A stretch of 64,000 bases of DNA from Planctomycetota bacterium (GTDB lineage Bacteria; Planctomycetota; B15-G4), in contig CBDFJQ010000002.1 of NCBI GenBank assembly GCA_965248575.1, forward strand, positions 1,088,001 through 1,152,000, in the 5' to 3' direction. Below, piece after piece: positions 45,764 to 55,539 of the stretch. Each line of letters starts with the position of its first letter. Position 1 is the stretch's first letter. Both the position numbers and the translations under genes were made by a program. The notes beneath the pieces are model-generated. The model made no database searches, was not told the origin of the DNA, and worked only from the letters and a program-made list of their open reading frames with translations.

Positions 45764-46600
45764 CTACGCCTTCGGTAGCTCGAGGCGAAAGGTCACCGAC
45801 GATTCGCTCTCTTCCGCAGCAAGCACGCGAATGCTGCCGCCGAAGCGCTCGAGAATCTCTCGACAAAGCGCCAGCCCCAAACCGGTTCCCGCTCCCTCCT
45901 GCTTCGTTGTCACGAAGGAGTCAAAAACACTTTCGAGCATGGCGGGGGGGATGGATGGGCCGTTGTTCGACACGTCGAGCTGCCAGCTCTCGGCCCGTTC
46001 GTCGACTCGCAGCACGATCCCGCGCGCTGTTGTCTCCGACTCCTCGAGGCTCTCCCGCGCGTTGTCGAGCAGGTTCAACAGCACCTGGATGAACGCCCCT
46101 TGTTGGCCCTTCACATGGCAACCGGCCTCAGGAATGTTCGCCACGACGGTCACGCCCGATTGACGCATGGCGTGCGTGGTCAGGTTGAGAGCAGCCTGAA
46201 CGGCACGCGCCAGGTCGAGGCTTCCGGTCCCGGTGCCGGCATCGCGCCGGACGAACGACAGCATGTCGTCCACCAGGGCGCCGAGGCGTTTCGTCTCCTG
46301 GATGATGCGACCCACATCGTCCGCATCGCTCGCCTCCTCCAAGGTCTCCTGGAGCAACTGGGCGTATCCTTGAATGACCGCGAGAGGGTTGCGGATCTCA
46401 TGCACGATCCCTGCCAGCATGCGTCCCGCCTGCAACAGCCTCGCCTCGTGCGCGACCTCCAGCACATCGCCCGCCTCCCGTTGCTGAACGCCCGCCATCG
46501 CACCTGCGCCCGCAGACTTTCCAGCCGGCGGGGGGGGCGTCCTGCGGCCCGAGGGGGGTATCGGCTCGGGAGCGAATTCACCAGCAGCCTGCGACGACAT
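45764..46600 (-). CDS. Cytoplasmic histidine kinase (HisKA + HATPase only)
   Basis: GIVHEIRNPL, QVLLNLLDNA, NNGPSI, FVTTK..GTGLGL. Confidence 0.88.
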   Translation of the reverse strand: MSSQAAGEFAPEPIPPSGRRTPPPPAGKSAGAGAMAGVQQREAGDVLEVAHEARLLQAGRMLAGIVHEIRNPLAVIQGYAQLLQETLEEASDADDVGRIIQETKRLGALVDDMLSFVRRDAGTGTGSLDLARAVQAALNLTTHAMRQSGVTVVANIPEAGCHVKGQQGAFIQVLLNLLDNARESLEESETTARGIVLRVDERAESWQLDVSNNGPSIPPAMLESVFDSFVTTKQEGAGTGLGLALCREILERFGGSIRVLAAEESESSVTFRLELPKA

Positions 46601-46725
46601 GGGCGGACCAACCTCTCGAGAGAACCAGGAGAGCCGAATTCACCACGCCGGCCAGGCCCGTTCCAGCGAAAAGCGGCCTCGGGCATGCCAGGCAGAGGCT
46701 CGGTCGATACGAGGCAGGTCCGGAG

Positions 46726-48615
46726 CTAGGGTCGGCGGATGGGGAGGTTCTCCGACTTCCGTTGCTCCCCCTGCACCCAGTGCAGGAGCAGTTCTGAGCG
46801 CTTGTCACTGACGCCCAGGGACATGTGGTAATCGTCGGCGAGACGAGCCGCATCAGCGTACAGCCGGCATTCCACCAACGTTCGCACCAGCAACTCCACG
46901 GCCTGGTCCGCAGTTTCGGTGCTCATGACACTCTTCCAGGACTCCGACGCCCGCTCGTAGGCGGCCTCCGGCAGACGCAGAAGCGGCGCATTCCAAACGG
47001 ACATCAGGTGGGCCGCCCGGAAGAGTTCGTCCGGAGTCTTGGGCCCGCCGTCCTCCAGCAAGTGCGTCAAACTGCGCCCTTCAGCGGTGCGGTGCTCCAT
47101 GCTCATCAACCAGGGCTGCAGCGGCTCATCCCGCCAACCACTCGTCCAAAGAAAGGTCCCCAGGAGCACACCGCCGACAGCGAAAGCCAGGCGGCGAGTC
47201 CAGGCCTTCTTGGGGTCAGCACCCGCAACCCCAGCGCCCGCGACTCCTAGGAGCAGCACGTCGAAGGGCGCCATGGCCGCGGGCCCGATGGCACTTGCCG
47301 CCATGAGCAACAACCAGGTGAGCGCGCCCACGACGACCCCCGCGCGCGGCCAACTTGCCGGTGCAGCCCCCTTGCGGACGAGCCCAATCACGGTGAGCGC
47401 AAACAACAACAGGCCGCCACGAAGGAACACGTCGAACAGCCCCAAGCCGAAGCGGCCGCGGGCAAGCGCCTGGCTGGAAGCCTCCACCGCGCTGGCACCG
47501 GGTTCCTGCTGCTCCAGGGCTTCGAGGTCCACCTGCCCCAGACCACTGGCCTGAACCACGTACTCGAACCGCCGCGGGCCCATCAACTGGAACGCCAGTC
47601 GGTTCAGCCAAGTTTGCCCGATCCACACGCCGTCAGACTGGGTTGTCGCGTCCCAAGCAGTGCTCAAGGCAAGCCGTGCACGTTGATCCGCGTCGGTGGG
47701 GATGTCGTTGGGATGGGGGCCTGGATGGTCAACCATCGCACTCCACGAATAGGCCCACGCGGTGTCTGGAAACCACGGGCGTTCCCCATCTGACCCCCGC
47801 TGCACGGCCCAACCCGAAGCCAGAGCCAACACCAGGATCGTGACCCCGGCGAGCATCCGACCAAAGGGCGGAATAGGCATGAGCCAGACGAGCACCCCAA
47901 CCACCAGGGCCACGGCTGCGAGCACGCCACCGGCCACCACGAAGGCCCCACCAGCCAGTGCACACAGCACACTCGACAGGACTCCCGGGCGATGCCTGGC
48001 GAAGGCCAGCGCTGCGACCATGAGACAGGCCATCGAGCCGGTGATGAGCTCTGGCGTCGGGCTCACCGAGCTCAGGATCAGCGTGGGGTGAACAGCCCAA
48101 AGCCAGGCCATCCAGCTTGCAGCGCGCAGCATGGAACGGCGGCTGAGCCCTGAGATCGCAGCCAGTGCGGCGGCACAAAGCAACGCCGCCAGAAATCCGA
48201 GACCCGAGAGCCCAATGGCGAGCAGGCGAACGTTTCGCAGACTGTCTACCGGCAGCACTTCGCCGAGCTGGGTCAACAGCAACGCCAGGCCCGGAGCGCG
48301 CACCCGGTTCAGGGATCCCCAGGGGCGGCCTTCCCAGACCGTGACGAATCCATCCGTTTCCCACTCACCGACGGGAAGCTCCGCGCTGCTCGCATAGCCG
48401 ATCCGCAACGCCAAACCCACAGCGATGGCAAGGACTAGCAACAGGAAGGCCCTGAAGCCTGCACCAGAAGACCCGGCAGCTGCGCTGGACGGACGCTGAT
48501 CGCCGCCGGCAGATGCAGCATGCGCCGATTGCGCGGCGTCCTCAGCTGGGACGTCGGGATCGGTGGATGGCTGCTCCGGGTTCGACTCCGGGGACTCGCT
48601 GGCTGTCTCGGTCAT
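46726..48615 (-). CDS. Multi-pass membrane protein, possible degenerate GT-C/ArnT-like glycosyltransferase
   Basis: Many TM helices; RAPGLALLL and WAVHPTLILSS..TPE resemble ArnT/PMT-like blocks. Confidence 0.5.
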   Translation of the reverse strand: MTETASESPESNPEQPSTDPDVPAEDAAQSAHAASAGGDQRPSSAAAGSSGAGFRAFLLLVLAIAVGLALRIGYASSAELPVGEWETDGFVTVWEGRPWGSLNRVRAPGLALLLTQLGEVLPVDSLRNVRLLAIGLSGLGFLAALLCAAALAAISGLSRRSMLRAASWMAWLWAVHPTLILSSVSPTPELITGSMACLMVAALAFARHRPGVLSSVLCALAGGAFVVAGGVLAAVALVVGVLVWLMPIPPFGRMLAGVTILVLALASGWAVQRGSDGERPWFPDTAWAYSWSAMVDHPGPHPNDIPTDADQRARLALSTAWDATTQSDGVWIGQTWLNRLAFQLMGPRRFEYVVQASGLGQVDLEALEQQEPGASAVEASSQALARGRFGLGLFDVFLRGGLLLFALTVIGLVRKGAAPASWPRAGVVVGALTWLLLMAASAIGPAAMAPFDVLLLGVAGAGVAGADPKKAWTRRLAFAVGGVLLGTFLWTSGWRDEPLQPWLMSMEHRTAEGRSLTHLLEDGGPKTPDELFRAAHLMSVWNAPLLRLPEAAYERASESWKSVMSTETADQAVELLVRTLVECRLYADAARLADDYHMSLGVSDKRSELLLHWVQGEQRKSENLPIRRP

Positions 48616-48795
48616 TCGTCTGGTGCGCTCCAAATCACGGCCATCGGACGACGATGAAAGCAGTCCGACGACAGCAAAACGATTCCTTAGCCTGGGGTTT
48701 CTTGGCTGGCTCTAGCGCTGACCCAGCGAGCGGGTCACCTGAGCCGCCAGCAGCTGAGCGTCGATTCCATTGCAGCCGGACTCACCCGCCCCCAA

Positions 48796-48823
48796 ACGTC
48801 TGATAATCAGTATTATGACCAAC
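48796..48823 (+). other. Putative dif (XerCD) recombination site
   Basis: ACGTCTGATAA-TCAGTA-TTATGACCAAC: 11-6-11 layout with inner ATAA/TTATG, AT-rich, intergenic. Confidence 0.55.
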
Positions 48824-48987
48824 TGCGCAATTCAGGCCCATTCTGGCCCTTCAGCCGGGCTTTGAGGCCTCTTCTCAGCCAGACTTGCGACGAATCCTCT
48901 TCGCTCAGGACTCCGCTCTTCAGCGCACCAACCACTCGTGACTCCCTCAGCGCATCCCTCGTTGCATCCCTCGTTGAGTCACCGGCG

Positions 48988-49773
48988 GTGACCCGACCCC
49001 AGGCCATCCACATCAGCGACCCAGCTGACCCGACCCAGCTCGCGGCAGCCAGGCGCTGGGCCCTGGAGCTCGACCTGCCGCTGGCTGACGCGGACAGCGC
49101 GCCCTCGGAGTCTCCCGTGCTTCGCGTCACCGAGTTCGGGCTCGAACTGCTTTCTGAGATGGGGCGCCTCCGGGTTGATTTCCTGGCAGGCCGCGAAGCC
49201 CTGCGTGCGCTGCGAGGCGCCGGCTCCCGGGAGCCCTTGAGTCGCGCCCTGGGCCTGCGAGCCAAGCAACCCATCCGAAAGGTGCTGGATGCCACCGCCG
49301 GACTCGGCCGCGACAGCTTCCTGCTGGCTTGTCTCGGAGCCGACGTGTGCGCGGTCGAAAGGGACCCGGTGGTGGGCGCCTTGCTCCAAGACGGCCTGGA
49401 ACGCGGCCTCGCTCACCCAGACGTTCAAGACATCGTGCGAGCCGTTCGGCTCCTACGCGGCGACGCCCTCGACATCCTCACAAGGCTGAGCCCCGACGAA
49501 GCCCCCGAAGCCGTCTACATCGATCCGATGTTCCCGATCCGACGCAAGTCGGCTCTCGTGAAGAAGGAAATGCGCATGGTTGCTGATCTGGCCGGTGGTC
49601 CAGCGCGCGACAGTGATATCACGGCGCTTCACGAACAAGCATGCGCCGTCGCAACCCGACGCGTCGTCATGAAGCGCCCCACCGGAGCTCCGCAGCTCCA
49701 GGGTATGCGTCCAGCTCATCAGAGCACCGACGGCGGCCGCACCACGCGCTACGACATCTGGCTGACTGCCTGA
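48988..49773 (+). CDS. rsmJ: 16S rRNA m2G1516 methyltransferase RsmJ
   Basis: VDF, VLDATAGLGRDSF, ERDP, YIDPMFP, KSALVKKEM, RRVVMKRP, TRYDIW. Confidence 0.9.
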   Translation: MTRPQAIHISDPADPTQLAAARRWALELDLPLADADSAPSESPVLRVTEFGLELLSEMGRLRVDFLAGREALRALRGAGSREPLSRALGLRAKQPIRKVLDATAGLGRDSFLLACLGADVCAVERDPVVGALLQDGLERGLAHPDVQDIVRAVRLLRGDALDILTRLSPDEAPEAVYIDPMFPIRRKSALVKKEMRMVADLAGGPARDSDITALHEQACAVATRRVVMKRPTGAPQLQGMRPAHQSTDGGRTTRYDIWLTA

Positions 49774-49776
49774 GCG

Positions 49777-51201
49777 TCAGGACCTCAGCGCGTGCTTCAG
49801 CAAGACATGCGCGACACATGCGGTCAGGCGTTTGCCTGTCGCAAGGTCCAGGAACTCGTTCGGTCCGTGCGCATTGCTCTTGGGGCCCAGCACACCCGTG
49901 ATCATGAACTGCGCATCAGGGAAGATCTCCCCGAGCATGCCCATGAACGGGATCGTTCCGCCTTCGCCCATGAAGCAGGCGGGGCGCCCGAAGCTCTCGT
50001 GCGACGCCTCATCCAGAGCCTGTCCAAGCCAATCGGCGAGCGGCGGTGCATCCCACCCATCGCAGGCCTCCTCACCCTCGAAACGCACGTTCGCACCGTA
50101 CGGAGGACTCTCCTCCAGGACGGCCTTGATGCGTGCTACGGCGGCCTTGCTCTCGCAGGTGGGCGGCAAACGGAAGGACAACTTGGCGCGCGTACGAGGT
50201 CGCAGGACATTGCCAGCGATCCCCAAGGGAGGCAGCCCTTCTTGCCCCGTCACCACCAGGGTCGGAGCCCACGTGCGCTGCAGAACCAGTTCCGTTGAGT
50301 CCTCGCGCACCGGCCGCACGCCAGGTGCGAAGGGAAACTTGGACTCGACCGCCCCACCGAGTTGTTGGGCCGCGACAGCTGCCTGTTCGCGCCGCTGCGC
50401 CGGCACATCCACGTGCAGTTCGGGCAAGCTGAGTTCGCCATCGTCCTCGTTCTCAAGCCGCGATAGCAGGCTGCGCAAGACCCGGAAGGAATCCGGAACG
50501 ATCCCACTGGCGTCGCCCGAGTGAACACCCTCTGTCAGGACGTCCACCGTCAGGGTCCCCATCGCCATCCCACGCAAGGACGTCGTGCACCACAGCTGGT
50601 CGTAGTTCCCGCAACCGGAGTCGAGGCACACCACGAGGCTGGGTTCGCCGATACGATCGCGGAGAGTTTCGATGTACGCAGGCAGGTCCTCGCTACCGCT
50701 CTCCTCACACGCTTCGATCAAGACCACGCAGCGCGCGTGCGGCAGCCCCTGTTCGGTCAGCGCGCGGATCGCCGTCAGGGAAGCGAAGGCGGAGTAACCA
50801 TCGTCCGCCCCACCGCGGCCATAGAGACGACCGTCGCGCAGGACAGGAGTCCACGGCCCCAGCCCCTCTTCCCAACCCTCCATGGGCGGCTGCTTGTCGA
50901 GATGCCCATAGAGCAGGACCGTGTCGTCCACCTGGCCCGGGATCTCCATCAAGATCAGCGGCGTGCGCCCCGGAAGCCGCACCACCTCGACCTGCAAGCC
51001 AGGGATGTCCTGAACGCGGCACCAGTCGGCAACCAGACCCACCGCTGCCTCCATGTGACCTGCTTGCTCCCAATCGGGGTCGAAGTGCGGCGACTGGTTC
51101 GGAATCCGGATGTACTCGATCAGCTGCGGGAGAATGGACGCATCCCAGCTCTCATCCACCAAGCTCTTGCAACGTTGGAAGTCCCATGCCTCGGCGCTCA
51201 T
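49777..51201 (-). CDS. M20 family metallopeptidase/dipeptidase
   Basis: YGHLDKQP, GRGGADDG, EESGS, LDSG, HSG, AHGPNE. Confidence 0.92.
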   Translation of the reverse strand: MSAEAWDFQRCKSLVDESWDASILPQLIEYIRIPNQSPHFDPDWEQAGHMEAAVGLVADWCRVQDIPGLQVEVVRLPGRTPLILMEIPGQVDDTVLLYGHLDKQPPMEGWEEGLGPWTPVLRDGRLYGRGGADDGYSAFASLTAIRALTEQGLPHARCVVLIEACEESGSEDLPAYIETLRDRIGEPSLVVCLDSGCGNYDQLWCTTSLRGMAMGTLTVDVLTEGVHSGDASGIVPDSFRVLRSLLSRLENEDDGELSLPELHVDVPAQRREQAAVAAQQLGGAVESKFPFAPGVRPVREDSTELVLQRTWAPTLVVTGQEGLPPLGIAGNVLRPRTRAKLSFRLPPTCESKAAVARIKAVLEESPPYGANVRFEGEEACDGWDAPPLADWLGQALDEASHESFGRPACFMGEGGTIPFMGMLGEIFPDAQFMITGVLGPKSNAHGPNEFLDLATGKRLTACVAHVLLKHALRS

Positions 51202-51438
51202 ACGTCTCCTGGATCTTCAATAAAACGGCGTGAAAGTGGTGCTGAGAGCCCGTTATTAACCCCCAGCGATCGAATCCGGCGAGCCAGCCTACTCGGGGCC
51301 AGGGCTTCTTTTCCAAATTCCTGAGATTCCCTGTCCGCTGCACCCCGCTTTGCGCGCTTCTGCCCTGGGCGGGCAGTCCGTCCAAGGCACCACTCTGCCC
51401 ACTGACTTTCGAAAGGCACTCCGGGGTCCCTCGCTCCC

Positions 51439-52026
51439 ATGGCGCACATCACCACCTTCGATACGAACAAGGCTGTCGAGTCGGCTCTCGAGCTGTTCTG
51501 GAAGCGCGGTTTCCATGCTGTCAGCGTTGAAGACATCGTCCAAGAGACAGAGCTCAACCGGCACAGCCTGTACGACAGTTTCGGCAGCAAGTTCGGTCTG
51601 CTCATGTCCGCCCTGGAGCACTACCGCGGCGTCGTGATCGACCAGATCCGCGAGCGCCTCGTAGGCCCCGGCTCGAATCGAGAACGCCTCGAGCAACTGC
51701 TCACGCTCCGCGACCCTGATCATCCCGACATGAATGAGGCCGACCGGCTCTGGGCCAAGATGCTCGCTCGCGGTTGCTTCGCGATTCGCGTCTGCGCCGA
51801 GATGCGCGATAGCCATGCGGAACTGGGTCGACACCTCGACGAGTTTGGTGAGACTCTCGAACTGCTTGTGACCGACGTGGTGCGCAACGGACAGCGGGCC
51901 GGGGAGTTCCGCACCGACAGAACGCCAGAAGACATGGCGTCGGTGCTCGTCAGCGGTTTTCTGACACCGTTGATCTACACCCCCACCAGGCCGCGTATGA
52001 ACGCCTTCCTCGCCGTCCTGGAATGA
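51439..52026 (+). CDS. TetR/AcrR family regulator
   Basis: ALELFWKRGF..VSVEDI....LNRHSLYDSFGSK. Confidence 0.9.
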   Translation: MAHITTFDTNKAVESALELFWKRGFHAVSVEDIVQETELNRHSLYDSFGSKFGLLMSALEHYRGVVIDQIRERLVGPGSNRERLEQLLTLRDPDHPDMNEADRLWAKMLARGCFAIRVCAEMRDSHAELGRHLDEFGETLELLVTDVVRNGQRAGEFRTDRTPEDMASVLVSGFLTPLIYTPTRPRMNAFLAVLE

Positions 52027-52048
52027 GCCGCCCTTGGCAGCTCTCCTC

Positions 52049-52387
52049 TTAGGGCCCGCTCGGGCCCTGCTCCGTCTGCTCCACGACCCAGGCTCGGTAG
52101 TCGGGAGCCGCGTCCATCCAGCGAAGAGCCACGATGCAAGGCGTGTCGTAGGCGTGCAGCTCCTGCACGCGTGTACGCAGAGCCGGAAACAACTCCTTGC
52201 GGGTCTTCGCTAGCAACAAACACTCCTGGTCGGTGCAGAGCTCGCCTTGCCATCGATAGATGGACGTCACTCCGGGCACGATGTTCACGCAGGCCGCCAA
52301 GGCCTCCTCGACCAGCGCACGAGCCAGCGCCTCAGCCTCGGGCTGCGAGCCACAGGTGATGTAGACCGACACGCACTCGTCCGTCAC
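52049..52387 (-). CDS. cutA: Divalent-cation tolerance protein CutA
   Basis: LAACVNI.PGVTSIYRWQG, LLAKT, HAYDTPCI; GTG start overlapping the usp stop. Confidence 0.93.
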   Translation of the reverse strand: MTDECVSVYITCGSQPEAEALARALVEEALAACVNIVPGVTSIYRWQGELCTDQECLLLAKTRKELFPALRTRVQELHAYDTPCIVALRWMDAAPDYRAWVVEQTEQGPSGP

Positions 52388-53277
52388 AAGACCCACTCTC
52401 GGCCCGGCTCTCGCATCACGACGACGGGTACGTGGCCTTCGAGCAACACAGTCAGCGCCACATTGCCAAGCAGCGCGCCGGCGAGCCCCGTCCGCCCGTG
52501 ACTCCCCATCATCACCAAATCGACGCTGTCCTGCCGATCCAGAATGGCTGTTGCTGGCTCGTCCTCGACGAACTCGATCTCGTGCTCCGCGCCCGTCCAA
52601 GCAAAGGAGCTCATCTCCTTCTCGAACACCTCCCGCGCATCCTTGATGAGCTGGTCCACGACATAGGTCGGCCCAACGGCCGGATAGCCATGCCCAGCGA
52701 ACAACTCGGGTTGCTGAAAGCAATGAATGACGCGCAGGCTCGCACCCAGCTGAAGCGCCCACGCACAGGCGTGCCGCAGGGCAGCCAGGCTCTCCTCGGA
52801 GAGATCGACAGGCACGAGGATTCGCTTCACGAGACGAACTGGACCCGATTGAACCCAAACCGGACATTTCGCCTGGGACAGAACCGCCCGCAACGTCCCC
52901 CCGAAGTCCACTAGGCCTCGCCGACGATGCCGCCCGACCACGAGCAGATCCGTGCTCGGGTTCGCCGCACGGCTCAACAGGAGTTCCGCCGGATGCCGGG
53001 TGCTCTCCACCACGAGTGCGCTCGGGTGCGCCTCGCCCGCTTGGCGCGCGCCGGCCAAGGAGGCTTCCATGCGCGTCTCGATCACGCGCCGGGCAGCATC
53101 CACGTCGTGCGGCGTGAGATCTGGCCAGAGATGGTGCGGAGGCTTCACCCCGTGCACGAACTCCAACTCGGCCCCGAACCGGCGGGCAAGGTCGATCCCC
53201 ACGTGAAGAGGTGTGTCGGACCTCGGAACAGCATCCACCCCCACCACGACCCGGTTCAGTTGTTTGTCGGTCGGCAT
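52384..53277 (-). CDS. Tandem universal stress protein
   Basis: VVVGVD / ILVPVDLS, DLVMMGSHGRTGL..LLGNVA. Confidence 0.9.
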   Translation of the reverse strand: MPTDKQLNRVVVGVDAVPRSDTPLHVGIDLARRFGAELEFVHGVKPPHHLWPDLTPHDVDAARRVIETRMEASLAGARQAGEAHPSALVVESTRHPAELLLSRAANPSTDLLVVGRHRRRGLVDFGGTLRAVLSQAKCPVWVQSGPVRLVKRILVPVDLSEESLAALRHACAWALQLGASLRVIHCFQQPELFAGHGYPAVGPTYVVDQLIKDAREVFEKEMSSFAWTGAEHEIEFVEDEPATAILDRQDSVDLVMMGSHGRTGLAGALLGNVALTVLLEGHVPVVVMREPGREWVL

Positions 53278-53444
53278 CTCCTGTCCTCCTTCAACTCATT
53301 CCACGAAACGGACGAACTCGCGCGTGCGCGCACGATGGACAGGGCCAGCTCACCACCTGCGCTCTTCGTGTGGCTCCTCGGCAACTGTTCCTTGCCCCCA
53401 GGCTAGCGAAGGCCTTGGGTGGCAACCATGCGTAGTGGGGCGTA

Positions 53445-55502
53445 CTAGTCGAGGTAGAAAGGGCTGGTCCAAGCCATATGGCCATCCTCCTGCAGGACCC
53501 GCACGTACACATACTCTCCTGCCTTCAGATCGCTGAGACTCCAACTGTGCCCCAGGTCGAACACGCCCTCTGAATCGGGTACCCAGGTGTCCACGACGCC
53601 CCCGCTGCGCACCAGCTCCAGGGAGCGGATGGGCGCCGTGCCGTACACCAGCAGCGAGAGCACTCCCTCAGCCCCGTCCGCCAACATCGTCGAGCCCATG
53701 CGAGCGCCATCCATGGAGCAGCGCAGGATGATGCGCGCGCCGGTCGTCGCATAGACCCGGCGCTCCCGCATCGCCCCGAGCACGGACTCCCGACTGAGTT
53801 CACGGGTGATCACGCCTGCCAGCCCGCCCACGCCGCTGGGGTTCGAGAACTGTGGCAAGCCCGGGTGACCGTCATGGCTGTCACCGCTCCCGATGAAACC
53901 AAAGCGCATGCCCTGGTCCAGGACATCCCGTACGAAGTTGCCGTCCAGGGGGCCGCCGATCCGATAGGGGGAGTCCATGGCCTCGCTGCTCCCATGAACG
54001 GAGACGATCTCGGTCACCGGCTCCATGTGGGGGTCGGGGCGAAAACTCCAGTTGGTCGCGATGGGCCGTCCCGCCGAATGGTGGGCGAAGGTCAACGCGG
54101 CCTGGCCTTCCAGCGCATCCCAGAGTTGGCGCGGCGTCTCGAACGCAGGGTCCGCCGAACTCAGCACTTCCAATCCGAGCTGCTCGTCAAAGGACAGCAC
54201 GTGCCGGTGCCCGTGAATCCAGCTGGTCCATTCGTAGCCGAGCAGGGCGACGAAGCGCCCCGGCTCGTGCGCGTTTCGCACCGCCTCGCGGATGCGCTGC
54301 CATGTCTCGGGATCGGCATCGAGCTTCTTGAAGCCGTAATGGTCGTGGTCGGTGAGCGCCACGATGTCCAGTGCTGAGACGTCGCGGGCGTAGCGGTAGT
54401 AGTCCTCGGGCGTTCCGGTGCCATCGGAGACGTGGCTGTGGCCATGCAGATCTGCCCAACGAACCGGTTCTGTTCCCTTGAGCACTACCAGCGGATTGCT
54501 CAGCGTGTCCAGCTCACCCGGCCCATCCAGGAAGAGGCGGAACACACCTTCCTCGGGGGGGCGGAACTCCAGGGTCTGGACCCCACCATCCCCCGCATGG
54601 AAGTCCACAGCCTCTGGCAGCCCCCAACCGTCGGGCACGTGGGAAATCTCGACACGCCCTTCAAAGGCGACGCCTGCATTCCCTACAGCATCCAGAACAG
54701 CCAGCGTGAGGCGCACGAGTTCACCGGGTTCGGCTCCGGAGTTCAAGGTCGCCACCAGTCTGCGCGGCGCGGCCGCCGCGATGTCCACCCGGGCGGGCTG
54801 CGCCACGAAGGCCGAGACCCCATCCCCATCCGCGTCGACTGCGAACCAGAACGGCGCCCCCCGTTCAGCGAAGTCGTCTGCACGCGCACCCGCTGCTCCG
54901 GCGCCGTAGACGATGGAAACCTGCTCCCCTGCTGCCAGCGGCCGCCCCTTGATGACAGCGAGGGCGGACATCTCCGAGACGATCAACTCCAGTTCGAGTC
55001 CGCTGGCGTCCGTCGCGAACTCAGTGAGACCTGGCCGCTGCGAAGCCCGCGCGCTGGCTTCCGACGTGGATCTGTCGCCGCCCGCGTCTTGTGCACACCA
55101 CGGTTGGCTCCAGCGCCAGAACGGCGACACCTTGAAGTGCAAGGAGCCCCCCACCGCAATGCCTTCGCCCCGCGCCTCGTACACAAACCGCCAGCGCCCA
55201 GCCGAACCCGCCGTGACGGCCTCCGCCGCTACGGCTCCGCCCTCTCGCACCTCTGCAGCTTGCTCAAGCCAGACCCGCCCGCCCCCATCTGCCGCATGTC
55301 GAACCGCAGCCAGGTCGGCGCGCTGTTGTTCCACCACATGCCACTGGGCCGTGGGCGGGTCGAGGTCGTCCACCGTTGGCACGGGGACCTGCTTGGCCTC
55401 TGGCTCCACACCGTCGGTCGGCCCACACGCGAGCTGGCTCAGGCAACCGAGCAAAAGCGCGGGCAGGAGGCGGCGAGCAGTCCTGGTTCTCGTCTCAGGC
55501 AT
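53445..55502 (-). CDS. PHP-domain lipoprotein (DUF3604 / CehA-McbA-like metallohydrolase)
   Basis: Lipobox LAC; WADLHGHSHVSDG, ALTDHD, GYEWT, GFIGSGDSH.GHPG, RRVYATTG, AWTSPF. Confidence 0.8.
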   Translation of the reverse strand: MPETRTRTARRLLPALLLGCLSQLACGPTDGVEPEAKQVPVPTVDDLDPPTAQWHVVEQQRADLAAVRHAADGGGRVWLEQAAEVREGGAVAAEAVTAGSAGRWRFVYEARGEGIAVGGSLHFKVSPFWRWSQPWCAQDAGGDRSTSEASARASQRPGLTEFATDASGLELELIVSEMSALAVIKGRPLAAGEQVSIVYGAGAAGARADDFAERGAPFWFAVDADGDGVSAFVAQPARVDIAAAAPRRLVATLNSGAEPGELVRLTLAVLDAVGNAGVAFEGRVEISHVPDGWGLPEAVDFHAGDGGVQTLEFRPPEEGVFRLFLDGPGELDTLSNPLVVLKGTEPVRWADLHGHSHVSDGTGTPEDYYRYARDVSALDIVALTDHDHYGFKKLDADPETWQRIREAVRNAHEPGRFVALLGYEWTSWIHGHRHVLSFDEQLGLEVLSSADPAFETPRQLWDALEGQAALTFAHHSAGRPIATNWSFRPDPHMEPVTEIVSVHGSSEAMDSPYRIGGPLDGNFVRDVLDQGMRFGFIGSGDSHDGHPGLPQFSNPSGVGGLAGVITRELSRESVLGAMRERRVYATTGARIILRCSMDGARMGSTMLADGAEGVLSLLVYGTAPIRSLELVRSGGVVDTWVPDSEGVFDLGHSWSLSDLKAGEYVYVRVLQEDGHMAWTSPFYLD

Positions 55503-55539
55503 TCCCGAAGTGTACGGAATGCTCGCCGCGCCCGGCAGC

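Noticed and set aside
48801..48818. Fur box reading of TGATAAT-CAGT-ATTATGA
   Set aside because: Spacing is 7-4-7 rather than 7-1-7 and the flanking genes are not iron-related; dif fits better, though Fur is not fully excluded.
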